Below are positions 38,791-48,796 of a DNA stretch of 64,000 nucleotides, piece after piece. Source of the DNA: an uncultured virus (IMG/VR IMGVR_UViG_3300043673_000060) (taxonomy: Duplodnaviria > Heunggongvirae > Uroviricota > Caudoviricetes); IMG/VR virus record IMGVR_UViG_3300043673_000060; one strand, 5' to 3'. The position numbers and the translations under genes were made by a program. How positions within the stretch are numbered: the first letter of the stretch is position 1; each line of letters opens with the position of its first letter. A model generated the notes under the pieces. The model was given only the letters and a program-made list of their open reading frames with translations. It searched no databases and was not told the DNA's origin.

Positions 38791-39720
38791 ATGGCAACGC
38801 GAAAGAAGGCGAAGAGGCCCAGGAAGGCGCCTGCGCCCAAAAAGGCGACGTCGGCGACCGTGCCTGACAAGACGTTGGTGCTACGCACGTGTCCCGCGGA
38901 CATGATCGCGAAGGGGGAAATGGATGGCGTCAAATACGCGATGACATGGCCGCGCCAGGGCCCCGTGGAGTGCCCGGACTGGGATCCGGCTCCCAGGTGC
39001 GGCAACGGTCTGCACGGTCTGCCGTGGGGCAATGGCGACTGGTCGCTACTCAGCAGCGCGGACGACGCGGTGTGGATGGTTGTCGAGGTCGACACGGCCC
39101 TGCTTGTGGACATCGGCGGCAACAAGTCGAAGTTTCCGCGTGGTAACGTTCTCTTCTCGGGCTCGCGCGTTGAGGCGGTAATCCGTGTGCTATGCGGATC
39201 GGAGGCGATTGTCCACGTCACAAAGGAAGCCGAGGCGTGGGGCGAGAAGTGCGGCAACTCCTCGACGGCCGCGTCGAGCGGGTACTCCTCGAAGGCCGCG
39301 TCGAGCGGGAACTCCTCGACGGCCGCGTCGAGCGGGTACTCCTCGACGGCCGCGTCGAGCGGCAACTCCTCGACGGCCGCGTCGAGCGGGAACTCCTCGA
39401 CGGCCGCGTCGAGCGGGTACTCCTCGACGGCCGCGTCGAGCGGGTACTCCTCGACGGCCGCGTCGAGCGGGAACTCCTCGACGGCCGCGTCGAGCGGGGA
39501 CTACTCGACGGCCAGTAGCGACGGTCAGTCCGGCATCGCCGCCACGATTGGTAACAATGGCCGCGCCAAGGCCGGCCAGGGCGGCCTGATTGTCGTGACC
39601 TACTGGGTCGAGGCCGAACAGCGATACCGCGCGTGCGTCGGCAACGTTGGTGAGGACGGCGTCAAGGCAGACACGTGGTACCGCGTGGTCGACGGGAAGC
39701 TGGCCGAGGTGCCGACGTGA
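38791..39720 (+). CDS. DUF7666-like protein with a 9-aa solenoid repeat
   Basis: WDPAPRCGNGLHG N-domain, (N/Y)SSTAASSG repeats, VGEDGVKADTWY C-cap. Confidence 0.7.
   Translation: MATRKKAKRPRKAPAPKKATSATVPDKTLVLRTCPADMIAKGEMDGVKYAMTWPRQGPVECPDWDPAPRCGNGLHGLPWGNGDWSLLSSADDAVWMVVEVDTALLVDIGGNKSKFPRGNVLFSGSRVEAVIRVLCGSEAIVHVTKEAEAWGEKCGNSSTAASSGYSSKAASSGNSSTAASSGYSSTAASSGNSSTAASSGNSSTAASSGYSSTAASSGYSSTAASSGNSSTAASSGDYSTASSDGQSGIAATIGNNGRAKAGQGGLIVVTYWVEAEQRYRACVGNVGEDGVKADTWYRVVDGKLAEVPT
39256..39513 (+). repeat. 27-bp tandem repeat, 9 full units plus a partial unit
   Basis: [ATG]ACTCCTCGACGGCCGCGTCGAGCGGG. Confidence 0.95.
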
Positions 39721-39805
39721 GCGCCGCAGACGTTTCTGGGGACACCCGCGACCCACTGAGCGACGAAACGGAACTCATGGACCTGCTTACGAAGGAGGCA
39801 CACCG

Positions 39806-40429
39806 ATGAAACGCCAGAAGACCTCGGACATGAGCTGTAGCGCGATCGAGACCAAGCCGGTCGACTACGATTGGGGCGCCCATCCGGTCGGCGACAGCGA
39901 CGGCGAGTGGGAGTGGTGGGAGGCGGTCGAGTGCCGGAAGTGCGGCAAATACGACACGTGCTGCACCGGCGGCGGCGACACGCACGACCGCAACGGCACA
40001 AGCAAATGCACCGGCACGCTCAACGAGTCCGATGGGCCGATGATGAGCTACTACTACCCGCTGCCGAAGTTCCCGGAGGATATCCACAAGGCGTGCTTGG
40101 CCATCAGGCGCCTGCCGCTCGTCATCGTGCGTTTCGACGGCGATGACGACAAGGCGGCGCTCGCGCTCACCGGCGGCGGCATGAACCTGAGCTGGGAGAT
40201 CTGCGAGGCGTTCATGCGCCTTGGTCACCTGCCGCCGACACACTTCGAGCTGCCGGCGATGTGCGGACGCGGAACGAGCGCGAAGGATCGCTGGATCCTG
40301 CGCGGCTACCTCAAGGCGTGCCGCGTGCAGCGAGCGTGGCTGGGCAGGAAGGCGGAGCGGGCGCGGGAGGCCGTCGCGTCCGGGGTCAAGCACGAGGCGG
40401 AGCGGACGGCGGAGGCGCGAGCGCGATGA
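39806..40429 (+). CDS. Phage hypothetical protein
   Basis: GGAGG RBS; GPMMSYYYPL and ALTGGGMNLSWEICEAF motifs. Confidence 0.65.
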   Translation: MKRQKTSDMSCSAIETKPVDYDWGAHPVGDSDGEWEWWEAVECRKCGKYDTCCTGGGDTHDRNGTSKCTGTLNESDGPMMSYYYPLPKFPEDIHKACLAIRRLPLVIVRFDGDDDKAALALTGGGMNLSWEICEAFMRLGHLPPTHFELPAMCGRGTSAKDRWILRGYLKACRVQRAWLGRKAERAREAVASGVKHEAERTAEARAR

Positions 40430-41077
40430 GCGAGAACGAAATCACCCGCGGCGGCGCTGCCCTCGTCGTCGAGGCGCGCGCGGAAGAGGTCCACGAAGAG
40501 GATCCGCACGCCCCGAAGGTGGGCCGTTGGTACTGGCTCGACTCCAAGCCGGAGCACCTGTTCAACGTGACGGCGTACACGCCTGGGGACTTCGCAGTTC
40601 TTTGCCGATCCACGTACGCGCGGCGAGTACCTGCGGTGGGCGCCGCTGCTGCTCGCGGCCGAAGACTTCTACGCCGGCAAGCACGAGGCGCAGGAGCCGA
40701 CGGAAGCCCCGACGCCGACGCCGCGTGGGCCTAGCAACACTTGGCGAGCAGGTCACGCCGCACGGCTGCGCGAGCTTGCCCAGTGGGTCGGCAGCGCAGC
40801 GAGGCTGCGATACGATCTGGTGACGAAAGGCGGGCGCCGGTACCCGAAGGGGACGCTCGTGCGGATCACGTACAAGGACCGTGGCGACAGCTTCAGCATC
40901 GCGGGCATCACCAAAGACGGCAAGATCGTCGAGGACGAGAACGAGAAGTGGTACTGCGGCATGCGCTCGGTCGAGTTCCGGAACCTGGAGATCGACCGCA
41001 GCATCCCGCGTGACCCGAGCTACAGGCCCGAGAAGCCGAAGAAGCGCCCGAGGTTCGACGACGACGAGGACGACTGA
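40426..41077 (+). pseudogene. Frameshifted hypothetical gene
   Basis: Frame of 40426 (...YTPGDF) continues after a shift at 40594 as QFFADPRTRGEYLRWAPLLLAAEDFYAG, open to 41077. Confidence 0.5.
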
Positions 41078-41682
41078 CTCAGTTGACACGTGACACTACA
41101 GCCACTAGTTTCCAAACAGCGCAACGGAGGAGGATGGGATGGCGACGAAGAGCGGATGGATCGACGTGTTCGCGAGCGGCCACGTATCGCTGCGAGCGGA
41201 GCAGTACAGCGGCAAGCTGCACGAAGGCGCGCTGCCTTGCTACGACGCCGGCAGCGCGAAAGAGGCACGCGACCTTGTGGTGTTCGCGTGCGTTCTGGCG
41301 CGTGACGGTACCGGCTACGCCGTACCGGGTTTTGCCGCCGAAAGCCTGGCGTCTATCGACATGGCCGCAAGGCGCTTCAAGAGGAGCCACGACGTCATGA
41401 ACCAGCGACGGGCGAAAAAGGCGGCGGACGGGAAGTCGTGAAAAAGCCCAAGCCGCTCTCGATCAGCCAGCTCGCAGCACTCGATCACCTCGTGGGCGTG
41501 GGCGGCGAGGCCTACGCCGGCAACGGCATGTTCCGGTCGCCGACCGCCAAGCCGCTGCTCCGGCGCAAGTGCATCGAGAAACTGAGCACGGGCGACAAGC
41601 TCTACCTCAAGTACCGCGTCACCGAACACGGACGCGCCGAGCGCGCTCGCGCCCACGAACGTCTGGCAGCCGCGTGAAAGAC

Positions 41683-42621
41683 ATGACCATGGCCACCGAC
41701 CGCGTGAACCGAAACAACAGACCGCTTGCCGGCAACCAACTTGCCCAGGCGCTGCGCGTAGCCGGCGTCGTGGCGCCAGCGTACGAGCAGGAGCCGGTAC
41801 GCGTGGACGCCAACGATAAGTTCGCCGTCGACGAGGCGATCGTACTGCCGGAACTTCGCGAATGGCTCGCGCGTCTCGTGGCCGGCGAGCACGTACCGAA
41901 GCGCGAGATGGCGCTGAGCATGCAGGACTGGCGCAAGCAGGATGTCCTCAATCGCCTGAAGGCGCAAGGCCTCATCGAGGTCAAGGTCGGCCCGCACGGC
42001 GGCGCCATGGCCACGCCGAAACTCATCGAGATGGCGCGGACGGACATCTCGGACGACGATCTGCGGCGGCGGGCGCTGACGGATGTGGGCGCAGACGAGG
42101 TGAGCGGCGGCTCCTCGCGAGACTCCAACAGACACAAGTTTGCGCAGGACATCTACGCGTGGCTTCTGCGCGGCGCACGCGGCGACGAACTGCGGATTTC
42201 GCACATCGGCCGCGGCGACGGCGGCAGCGCTCACACGGCGGTCAAGCGCCTTCGGGAAGCTGGGCTCGTGGAAAAGTTCGGCGAAGGATCGATGACGTTC
42301 CACGTCGTGCCGAAAGACGCGCGCAGTCGCGTCCAGACGCTCACGCACGACGAGCTGACGGGGATCCTGTGGCGCCGCGGCACGGGCGACGTGGCCGTCG
42401 AGCCCGAGACGACGAGTGAGGGGGACGGCGACGGCATCACGCCGGAGCTGGCGGATATTTCTGCCCGCCAGGAGACCGCAGGGCCGCCGCCTGCCATCGA
42501 CGACCCCGTTGCGCGCATCTTCGACCAGATCCTCACAGTCCTCGTGCGCATGGACGCACGCTTCGCCCGCCTGGAGCGCGAACTGAGCTTGCCGCCCATC
42601 GAGCAGGAGGTTGCAAGGTGA
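41683..42621 (+). CDS. Protein with two winged-helix-like segments
   Basis: VLNRLKAQGLIEV and AVKRLREAGLVEK. Confidence 0.55.
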   Translation: MTMATDRVNRNNRPLAGNQLAQALRVAGVVAPAYEQEPVRVDANDKFAVDEAIVLPELREWLARLVAGEHVPKREMALSMQDWRKQDVLNRLKAQGLIEVKVGPHGGAMATPKLIEMARTDISDDDLRRRALTDVGADEVSGGSSRDSNRHKFAQDIYAWLLRGARGDELRISHIGRGDGGSAHTAVKRLREAGLVEKFGEGSMTFHVVPKDARSRVQTLTHDELTGILWRRGTGDVAVEPETTSEGDGDGITPELADISARQETAGPPPAIDDPVARIFDQILTVLVRMDARFARLERELSLPPIEQEVAR

Positions 42622-43811
42622 TGGCCGCCGAGCTTGCGCGGTGCGGCGAGTGTGATTCGGTCCGCAATCCGGCCGTGGTGCCGTCGGGCTGGTGGCATCA
42701 CACGCGTCGCGACGACCGACTACGCATCTGGCCGTCGCGCTGCCCCTTGTGCGCCATGCCCACGATGCCGAGCGTGCCCGTGGACGACTGCGACGACGCA
42801 TCCACCGAAGCGACCGCAACACCCGCAGCGCCCAACCCGAAGCTCGACATGGCCAACCTCGAAGCGATGTGGGCCTATGCGCCTACGCAACGCGAGCGAA
42901 GCGTCATCGAGGGTCAGATGTGGGAGACGTTCAAGGACAGCGTATCGAAGCTGGATCGCAAGCACGGCTGCGCCAAGTGGCTCGCGCGGCGCCTGGGCGA
43001 CGCGATCGACAACGTGGCCGACAGGCTCGCGATCCGTCGGTACGACGCGGTCGCCGGGGCGCTATGGGCCCGCGTTGACGGTTCGGAGCGCATGCTTGTG
43101 CGAGCTGCCTCGCAGATATTGAGCAGGGCGCGCGTACGGGCCACGTCGGAATCGACTTCGGTGCGCGACGCCATAGACGCCGAGCTGGTCGAATACGACA
43201 AGGGACTCTTGATCGTCACTCCGAAAGGGACGTTTCGCCGCAAGGCCATGCGCCCGCGACCGAATAGTCGTCTCAGCGGGCCGAAGCCTGGCAAGACGAA
43301 GAACGCGACCGACCTGACGATGGCTCGCGAGCTTTGGATGGCCGTACGCGCATCGGTCAAGCGCGTCGTCGACCACGAGCTGCGCGGCATCAGCAGCGCT
43401 CGTACGCGCGATCTACTGCGTGACCAGAGCGAGGTCGAGATCGAGACGACGATTCGCATGCTGCAATCGCGAGTGAATCGCGCCCGGGAGAATCCGCACC
43501 TCGACGCCGCCCCCGCCGCCATGAGCGCCGCGTCTATGGCCGACGAGCGCAAGACGCTCAAGCGCGCCTGCGAGGCTCTTGGGGTCGACCCGCCCGGCAG
43601 CAAGGAGCGCGTGACGTACGCTCTGTACAAGAGCGCGAAAAACAACTACCGAAAGCTTGCGCGCGAATACCACCCGGACCACGGCGGGACCGCCGAGCGG
43701 TTTGACGCGGTGACCAAGGCGATGCAATCCATCGAAGATGCGTACCAGGCGGCCAACGATCAGAGCGCAACGAAAACGTCGACCAACAACGAAAGCGAGA
43801 AAGAACCGTGA
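42618..43811 (+). CDS. Protein with C-terminal DnaJ J-domain
   Basis: ACEALGV...YRKLAREYHPDHGGTAERFDAVTKA. Confidence 0.75.
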   Translation: MMAAELARCGECDSVRNPAVVPSGWWHHTRRDDRLRIWPSRCPLCAMPTMPSVPVDDCDDASTEATATPAAPNPKLDMANLEAMWAYAPTQRERSVIEGQMWETFKDSVSKLDRKHGCAKWLARRLGDAIDNVADRLAIRRYDAVAGALWARVDGSERMLVRAASQILSRARVRATSESTSVRDAIDAELVEYDKGLLIVTPKGTFRRKAMRPRPNSRLSGPKPGKTKNATDLTMARELWMAVRASVKRVVDHELRGISSARTRDLLRDQSEVEIETTIRMLQSRVNRARENPHLDAAPAAMSAASMADERKTLKRACEALGVDPPGSKERVTYALYKSAKNNYRKLAREYHPDHGGTAERFDAVTKAMQSIEDAYQAANDQSATKTSTNNESEKEP

Positions 43812-44422
43812 GTCATCCCAGCGCCAACGTCACGCACGCGAGCAGCGAATCGACCGTCCGGCAGGTGTCGGACTGGAAGCGGTTCTTCCAGGGGTTCAAG
43901 CTGCCGCATCCGCCTGGCAAGCCGGACAAGATGCTGCCGCTCGGGCACCGCATCGCGTTCCTGCTCGACTGGGCGGCCAAGAAGGCTCCGTACAACTTCG
44001 TGCCGTACAACGTTGTGTACAAGGAGATCAACGGCCTGGAGGCCACGCCGCGTACGACCAACGAAGACGTCACCCGCATGCGCCGGCTGCTCACGTCGGT
44101 GCGCCCACTCCTGCAGCGCACGTACAAGCGCGACATCAAGAACCTGAGCGGCTTCGGCGTTCGCGCCACGGTCGACGATCTCGACGTGGTCAAAACGACG
44201 ACGGGAGCGGCGGTTCGGCGCTTCAACAGCGCGGGCGAGGCGCTAAAGAAGAACGCGGCGCTCGTCAACCCGTCCAAGTTGCCCGAAGGCAGCGACAAGG
44301 CTTGGTTCACCCGTACGGTGAGCCCGGCCGTCAATGCGCTGTCCAACGATCCGCGCATGCTCAAGCTTCTGCCGCCGGGCCCGATCATGACGAGCAAATC
44401 CAACGGCAGCGAGAGCAGGTAG
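43808..44422 (+). CDS. Hypothetical protein
   Basis: 204 aa, GTGA overlap. Confidence 0.6.
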   Translation: MSHPSANVTHASSESTVRQVSDWKRFFQGFKLPHPPGKPDKMLPLGHRIAFLLDWAAKKAPYNFVPYNVVYKEINGLEATPRTTNEDVTRMRRLLTSVRPLLQRTYKRDIKNLSGFGVRATVDDLDVVKTTTGAAVRRFNSAGEALKKNAALVNPSKLPEGSDKAWFTRTVSPAVNALSNDPRMLKLLPPGPIMTSKSNGSESR

Positions 44423-44431
44423 GATCGCCCC

Positions 44432-44716
44432 ATGCAAACCGCCCCGAACAATCGCGCCTTGAGCGCGATGCAGTACTCCGATACCAAGGAATTCGTTCGC
44501 CAGTGCAACGCGGCGCTCGAAAAGCACGGCGGGCATCGCGTCCGGGCAGCGAAGACGTTGCGCGTGACCGTGCGCACGCTGCTTCGATGGTGCGCGAAGT
44601 ACCCGAAGATTCTCGACGGCATCAACGGCATGTACGTGCCGACGAAGGAGGAAGCGGAGAGGCGCACGACGAAGCGGCTGCGGACGCTCCGCAAGTCGCC
44701 GAGGTCGGCGTCGTGA
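44432..44716 (+). CDS. Fis-like HTH protein
   Basis: ALEKHGGHRVRAAKTLRVTVRTLLRW. Confidence 0.7.
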   Translation: MQTAPNNRALSAMQYSDTKEFVRQCNAALEKHGGHRVRAAKTLRVTVRTLLRWCAKYPKILDGINGMYVPTKEEAERRTTKRLRTLRKSPRSAS

Positions 44717-45074
44717 GCCAGGAGAGTTCGGTCACGCGTAGGCTGTTCGAGGCACTCCAGAGCGCGCTGGAGGGCGTCTTCGACCCGCACCTGCACGACG
44801 AGTGCAAGGAGCGGCTCAAGGACGCCGTCGACGAGCTGGCCAAGGCGGACGCGTCCAGGCTGCGCGATGCGCCCGAGGCCGAGGTCGATATGCACGCGGC
44901 CAAGCGCATCTTGCGCGCCCGTCGTGAGCGTCAGCCGCTCGTGCCGCCGTCCGGGTACTCGCACGACGCCAGCGAGCGATACGACCGGTTCGTGGTCGAC
45001 CGTGACGCTACAGATCTCATTGAACAACTCCTCGCCGAGGTTGAGGCCTACCGAAAGCTCGCCGGGGTGACGGT

Positions 45075-45623
45075 ATGAGCGCCGCCGAGCGAAACAACGG
45101 CGTCAGCTTCGAGGTCAAGGTTGAACGCTGGCTCCGCAGGAGTCGCGGCGCCCGCTTCACGGAACGCCGAGCGCGGCAGAAGGGGCAGATCGCGCGTCGC
45201 GGTCACGAGTGCGACGTTCACGCCACCATGGTGAGCGGCCTTTGGCCACTGACCGCCGTGTGCGCCGCCTTCTGCGGGCTCGCCTGCATCCTGATCGGTG
45301 TCTCCGGCGCCGAGGCCATGATCGCGTTCCTGCCGGGTTTCCTGGGCGTCGTCTGCGTCGTCCTCACCGCGGCCTTCTTCCTCGATCCGCGCCACGTTTG
45401 GGTCGAGGTCAAGAGCGGCGAGACCCCGATCAAGCGTGACGTCGTCTGGAAACTGGTCGGCCAGGTCAGTGACGTGCGTGGCCTGACCGCCGCGCCGTGG
45501 TACCCAAGTGAGGCGTGGCTCGTTTCTCGCTCCTATTTCGACATCGACGCGCTCGCTTTCGCCCGTGCTCATGGCGTTCGGTGCTTCATCGAGCAGGGCG
45601 GCGACATCCGCGAGGTCGTCTGA
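45075..45623 (+). CDS. Mrr-like PD-(D/E)xK nuclease with an internal two-TM hairpin
   Basis: SFEVKV...HECDVHA-[2 hydrophobic helices]-WVEVKS...LVSRSYFDIDALAFARAHGVRC. Confidence 0.65.
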   Translation: MSAAERNNGVSFEVKVERWLRRSRGARFTERRARQKGQIARRGHECDVHATMVSGLWPLTAVCAAFCGLACILIGVSGAEAMIAFLPGFLGVVCVVLTAAFFLDPRHVWVEVKSGETPIKRDVVWKLVGQVSDVRGLTAAPWYPSEAWLVSRSYFDIDALAFARAHGVRCFIEQGGDIREVV

Positions 45624-46181
45624 TGCGTACGGCTGAGCTGCAACTTGCGTTTTCGGTCGCCCAAGACTTGATGAGTTCGCTTCGTTTGGCATTCTGGCCC
45701 ACTCGAAGCCTCTCCGAAGGCCATTCCGGGCCCCTGGCCGCCACTATCGCGCATCGCCTCGCGGTCCTGGACCGTCGAGAGGTCATGCCAGGCCACACTC
45801 TCCTGGCCTCGTACGGCGGCAGCACGGCGGCAGCGCGGCGGCACCCCCTCGCCGCGCGCCTGGGGGGTCCCTCGTGATCGCCCCCCGGCCCGATACCGTG
45901 GCGCGAGCGCTGGCGCTGGTGAGGCAGGGCGGCCACGAGGGCCTGTCCTTCGACGTTTTCGCCTCCAAGTGGCCGTCGAAGCTGAAGAAAGGCGTAGCCC
46001 GCAAGTCCACGGCGCCCGTGGGGCAGTTCCTGGGCTACCTGGCCGGCGAGGGGCTGCTCGCCCGCGACGTCTTGGGCCTGTACACGCTCACGGCGAAGGG
46101 CAGCTTGGCGCTGTACGAGTTCGAGGCGGAGCTGGAGAGGGCGCGAGCGGCGAGCGCTCGGGACTGCGCGGAGAAGACGCG

Positions 46182-46697
46182 ATGACGAACACCAAGACGC
46201 CGAGTCAGGCCTCCGCGGACTTCTGCAATGATCTCGGGTGCACCGTGGACCATGTGCTGCGCAGGCGCCTGCCCGCTCTGCTGGAGAGCTACGCCGCGGA
46301 GGCGCGCGCCGACCTCGTGAAGGAACGCGACGAAGCGCGCGCAAACTACCAGTTCATGGTCGATCGCGCGGCGGACGAAAAGCTCGACGGGTACCGTGAA
46401 CTGGCGGCGCGAGCCGCCAAGGCCGAGCAGGAGCGCGACGAGGCGAGGACGCGGTGCGATTATTTGGGCAGGGCCATCGTGGCTTCTTCCGCGTACCACG
46501 TCGAACTCGAACGCAAGGACGAGACCGGCTGGTGGATCGCCGAGATCCCCGAGTTGCCGGGCTGCCTCGTCTACGAAGAGACGCGCGCCCTCGCGATGCG
46601 GGCGGTGTACGCCCTCGCCCTGCGCATCATCGCGGATCGCATCGAGCACGGCGAGTCGGACCAGGGCGCTGCGTCGTGGGATCCGGTGTATCCATGA
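46182..46697 (+). CDS. Coiled-coil protein fused to a HicB-like antitoxin domain
   Basis: C-terminal YHVELERKDETGWWIAEIPELPGCLVYEETRALA...RIEHGE. Confidence 0.65.
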   Translation: MTNTKTPSQASADFCNDLGCTVDHVLRRRLPALLESYAAEARADLVKERDEARANYQFMVDRAADEKLDGYRELAARAAKAEQERDEARTRCDYLGRAIVASSAYHVELERKDETGWWIAEIPELPGCLVYEETRALAMRAVYALALRIIADRIEHGESDQGAASWDPVYP

Positions 46698-47562
46698 GCG
46701 ACAACGTCAAGAAAGCCGCGCGCCACGTTCAGGAGGCGACCGGCATCTCGTACCAGACCTGCCGCGCGCTCGTGACAGGCAGCGTCGTCTTCACATCGCA
46801 GTCCGACGACTGCCTGGTGGCTGCGGCGCTCGAATCTGCCATCCGGTGGGCAGAAGCAAAGCCCGATGCGAAGATCACGGCCTGCAGGTGCCCGAAGTGC
46901 GCGGCGGTGGCGCCATGACCCGCGGCCCCCGTTCTCCCGTCGTGCACACCGTCTTCGCTGGTCAGACGCGCCACGGCCCACGCTGGCGCCTGACGCTCGC
47001 GTGTGGCCACGTGCGCGAGGTCACCGACGGCACCAAGTGTCGGCCTGACGCGCGCGGATCGTGGCGCATCGGCGACAACTGGTACGAGGCGCCGACCAGG
47101 GTCGGCTGCCTCGAACGCGTCGACGGCACCTGGTGCAGCGGCGGGCAGAAGTGCAGGGAGTGTCGCGTCGGCAGGCGTAGGCCGGCGGTACAGGACGGAC
47201 TCTGCGCGCTGCATGCGTCGCGCGCAAGGAAGGCGGTTTGCACATGAACCGTCGCGACAAAGCCCAGCGCCGTAAGGACAAGCGCAGGGCGCGCCAGGTA
47301 CACAACCGCACCAAGACCGTCGAGCCGCTCATCGGCCAGATCATGACGGAACACGCGGACAAGCGGTGCCCAGCGTGCGAAGGGGGTCCGCGCGAGAAGG
47401 TCAGCTGCGAATACGCGCGCACCGATGATCCGCTGGCGCATGCCGACTTCGAGCGCGACAACCCCGACGAGACGCACGTGCATCTACTCTGCGAAGCGTG
47501 CGGGGCGATCGGGTACCTGATCATGGATCAAGCGTGTCAGTGACATGCGTTTCGGAGGCATC

Positions 47563-48594
47563 ATGGACAAGATCGAGATCAAGCACCGAATTACTGACGT
47601 CGTCCTCTGGAGCGGCGAGACTGCTACCGTGCGTGACGCCATCGTCGCGGTGGTGAAAGCCGGCGCGGACCTCACAGGCGCGTACCTCGCAGGCGCGTAC
47701 CTCGCAGACGCGAACCTCGCAGACGCGGACCTCGCAGACGCGAACCTCGCACGCGCGTACCTCACAGGCGCGTACCTCACAGGCGCGGACCTCGCAGGCG
47801 CGTACCTCGCAGGCGCGGACCTCGCAGACGCGGACCTCGCAGGCGCGGACCTCACAGGCGCGTACCTCGCAGGCGCGAACCTCGCAGGCGCGGACCTCGC
47901 AGGCGCGGACCTCGCAGGCGCGGGCCTCGCAGGCGCGGACCTCGCAGGCGCGGGCCTCGCAGGCGCGGACCTCGCAGACGCGAACCTCGCAGGCGCGTAC
48001 CTCGCAGACGCGGACCTCGCAGGCGCGGACCTCGCAGACGCGAACCTCGCAGGCGCGTACCTCGCAGACGCGCGAAACAAGCCGGCCTCGCTGGCGGATC
48101 ACAAGGATCCCGAGCCTCCGTTCGTCCGTCGCGTACCGTCGGCCGACGCGCCTCCTCTCTCGCGGGAGGAACGAGCGACGCGTCGCCTGGCTCGGCAGAG
48201 TGAGCGCGCAGCGCGCTATCGGGTGGAGCACCCGTCCGTCCCCGTCGTCCAGCACCTCGACGCGAGGATTGAGCGCGGCATCGACACCGGAGCTATCGCA
48301 CTCGACATGGGCAACTGGCACGGACTCGGCCCCAGCGGGGTCGAGGCGACGCCCGAGGCGTGCGGCACAACGCATTGCCGCGCGGGTTCAGCGGTGTACC
48401 TTGCCGGAGAGGCGGGATACGCCCTGGAGCGTGAGTTGGGCTCGGCGGAGGAGGCCGGCCGCGCCATCTACCTCGCGAGCACGGGGCGTGTGCCGTACTT
48501 CTACAGCTCCAACGATCGGGCACTGGCGGACATCAGGCGGTGTGCAGAGGCCGATCCGTTGCCACGCTTGCAGACATCGCGGTCGAGTTTTTGA
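47563..48594 (+). CDS. Pentapeptide-repeat protein with C-terminal TTHCRAG domain
   Basis: About 27 A[DNYG]L[AT][GDR] repeats; GGAGG RBS before ATG 47563. Confidence 0.85.
   Translation: MDKIEIKHRITDVVLWSGETATVRDAIVAVVKAGADLTGAYLAGAYLADANLADADLADANLARAYLTGAYLTGADLAGAYLAGADLADADLAGADLTGAYLAGANLAGADLAGADLAGAGLAGADLAGAGLAGADLADANLAGAYLADADLAGADLADANLAGAYLADARNKPASLADHKDPEPPFVRRVPSADAPPLSREERATRRLARQSERAARYRVEHPSVPVVQHLDARIERGIDTGAIALDMGNWHGLGPSGVEATPEACGTTHCRAGSAVYLAGEAGYALERELGSAEEAGRAIYLASTGRVPYFYSSNDRALADIRRCAEADPLPRLQTSRSSF
47665..48072 (+). repeat. 15-bp tandem repeat encoding pentapeptide repeats
   Basis: GCG[AGT]ACCTC[GA]CAG[GA]C. Confidence 0.95.
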
Positions 48595-48728
48595 CAGCTG
48601 CGAAGCGGCCCGTACACATCAGCGAGATCACAGCGCACGTCCTTAGCCGGTTCACGTTTCGCAGCTCGACCCCAGAGAAGAGCATCAACAGCGCGCTCCA
48701 GAAGGACCCTCGGGGCGTGCGCGGCTAG
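48558..48728 (+). pseudogene. HARE-HTH-like winged-helix fragment
   Basis: TLADIAVEFLTAAKRPVHISEITAHVL...STPEKSINSALQKD; no clear start codon, overlaps the upstream gene end. Confidence 0.4.
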
Positions 48729-48796
48729 CTGCTCAGGTGTGCGGATCGGCCGAGACGGGCGCCGCCAGCAGGCGGCAACGGGGTGGACGGGCTCCC

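Noticed and set aside
39256..39513. 27-bp repeats as a CRISPR array
   Set aside because: Units are contiguous with no spacers, in frame within a protein, and no cas genes are present
39731..39770. Hammerhead-like sequence (CTGAGCGA-C-GAAAC)
   Set aside because: Core is not CUGANGA and there is no stem II
32000..48072. A classical diversity-generating retroelement
   Set aside because: No reverse transcriptase and no TR/VR pair were seen in the window; only the variation pattern is reported
47484..48375. Minus-strand ORFs with SAPAR and CEVRA repeats
   Set aside because: Antisense shadows of the pentapeptide array
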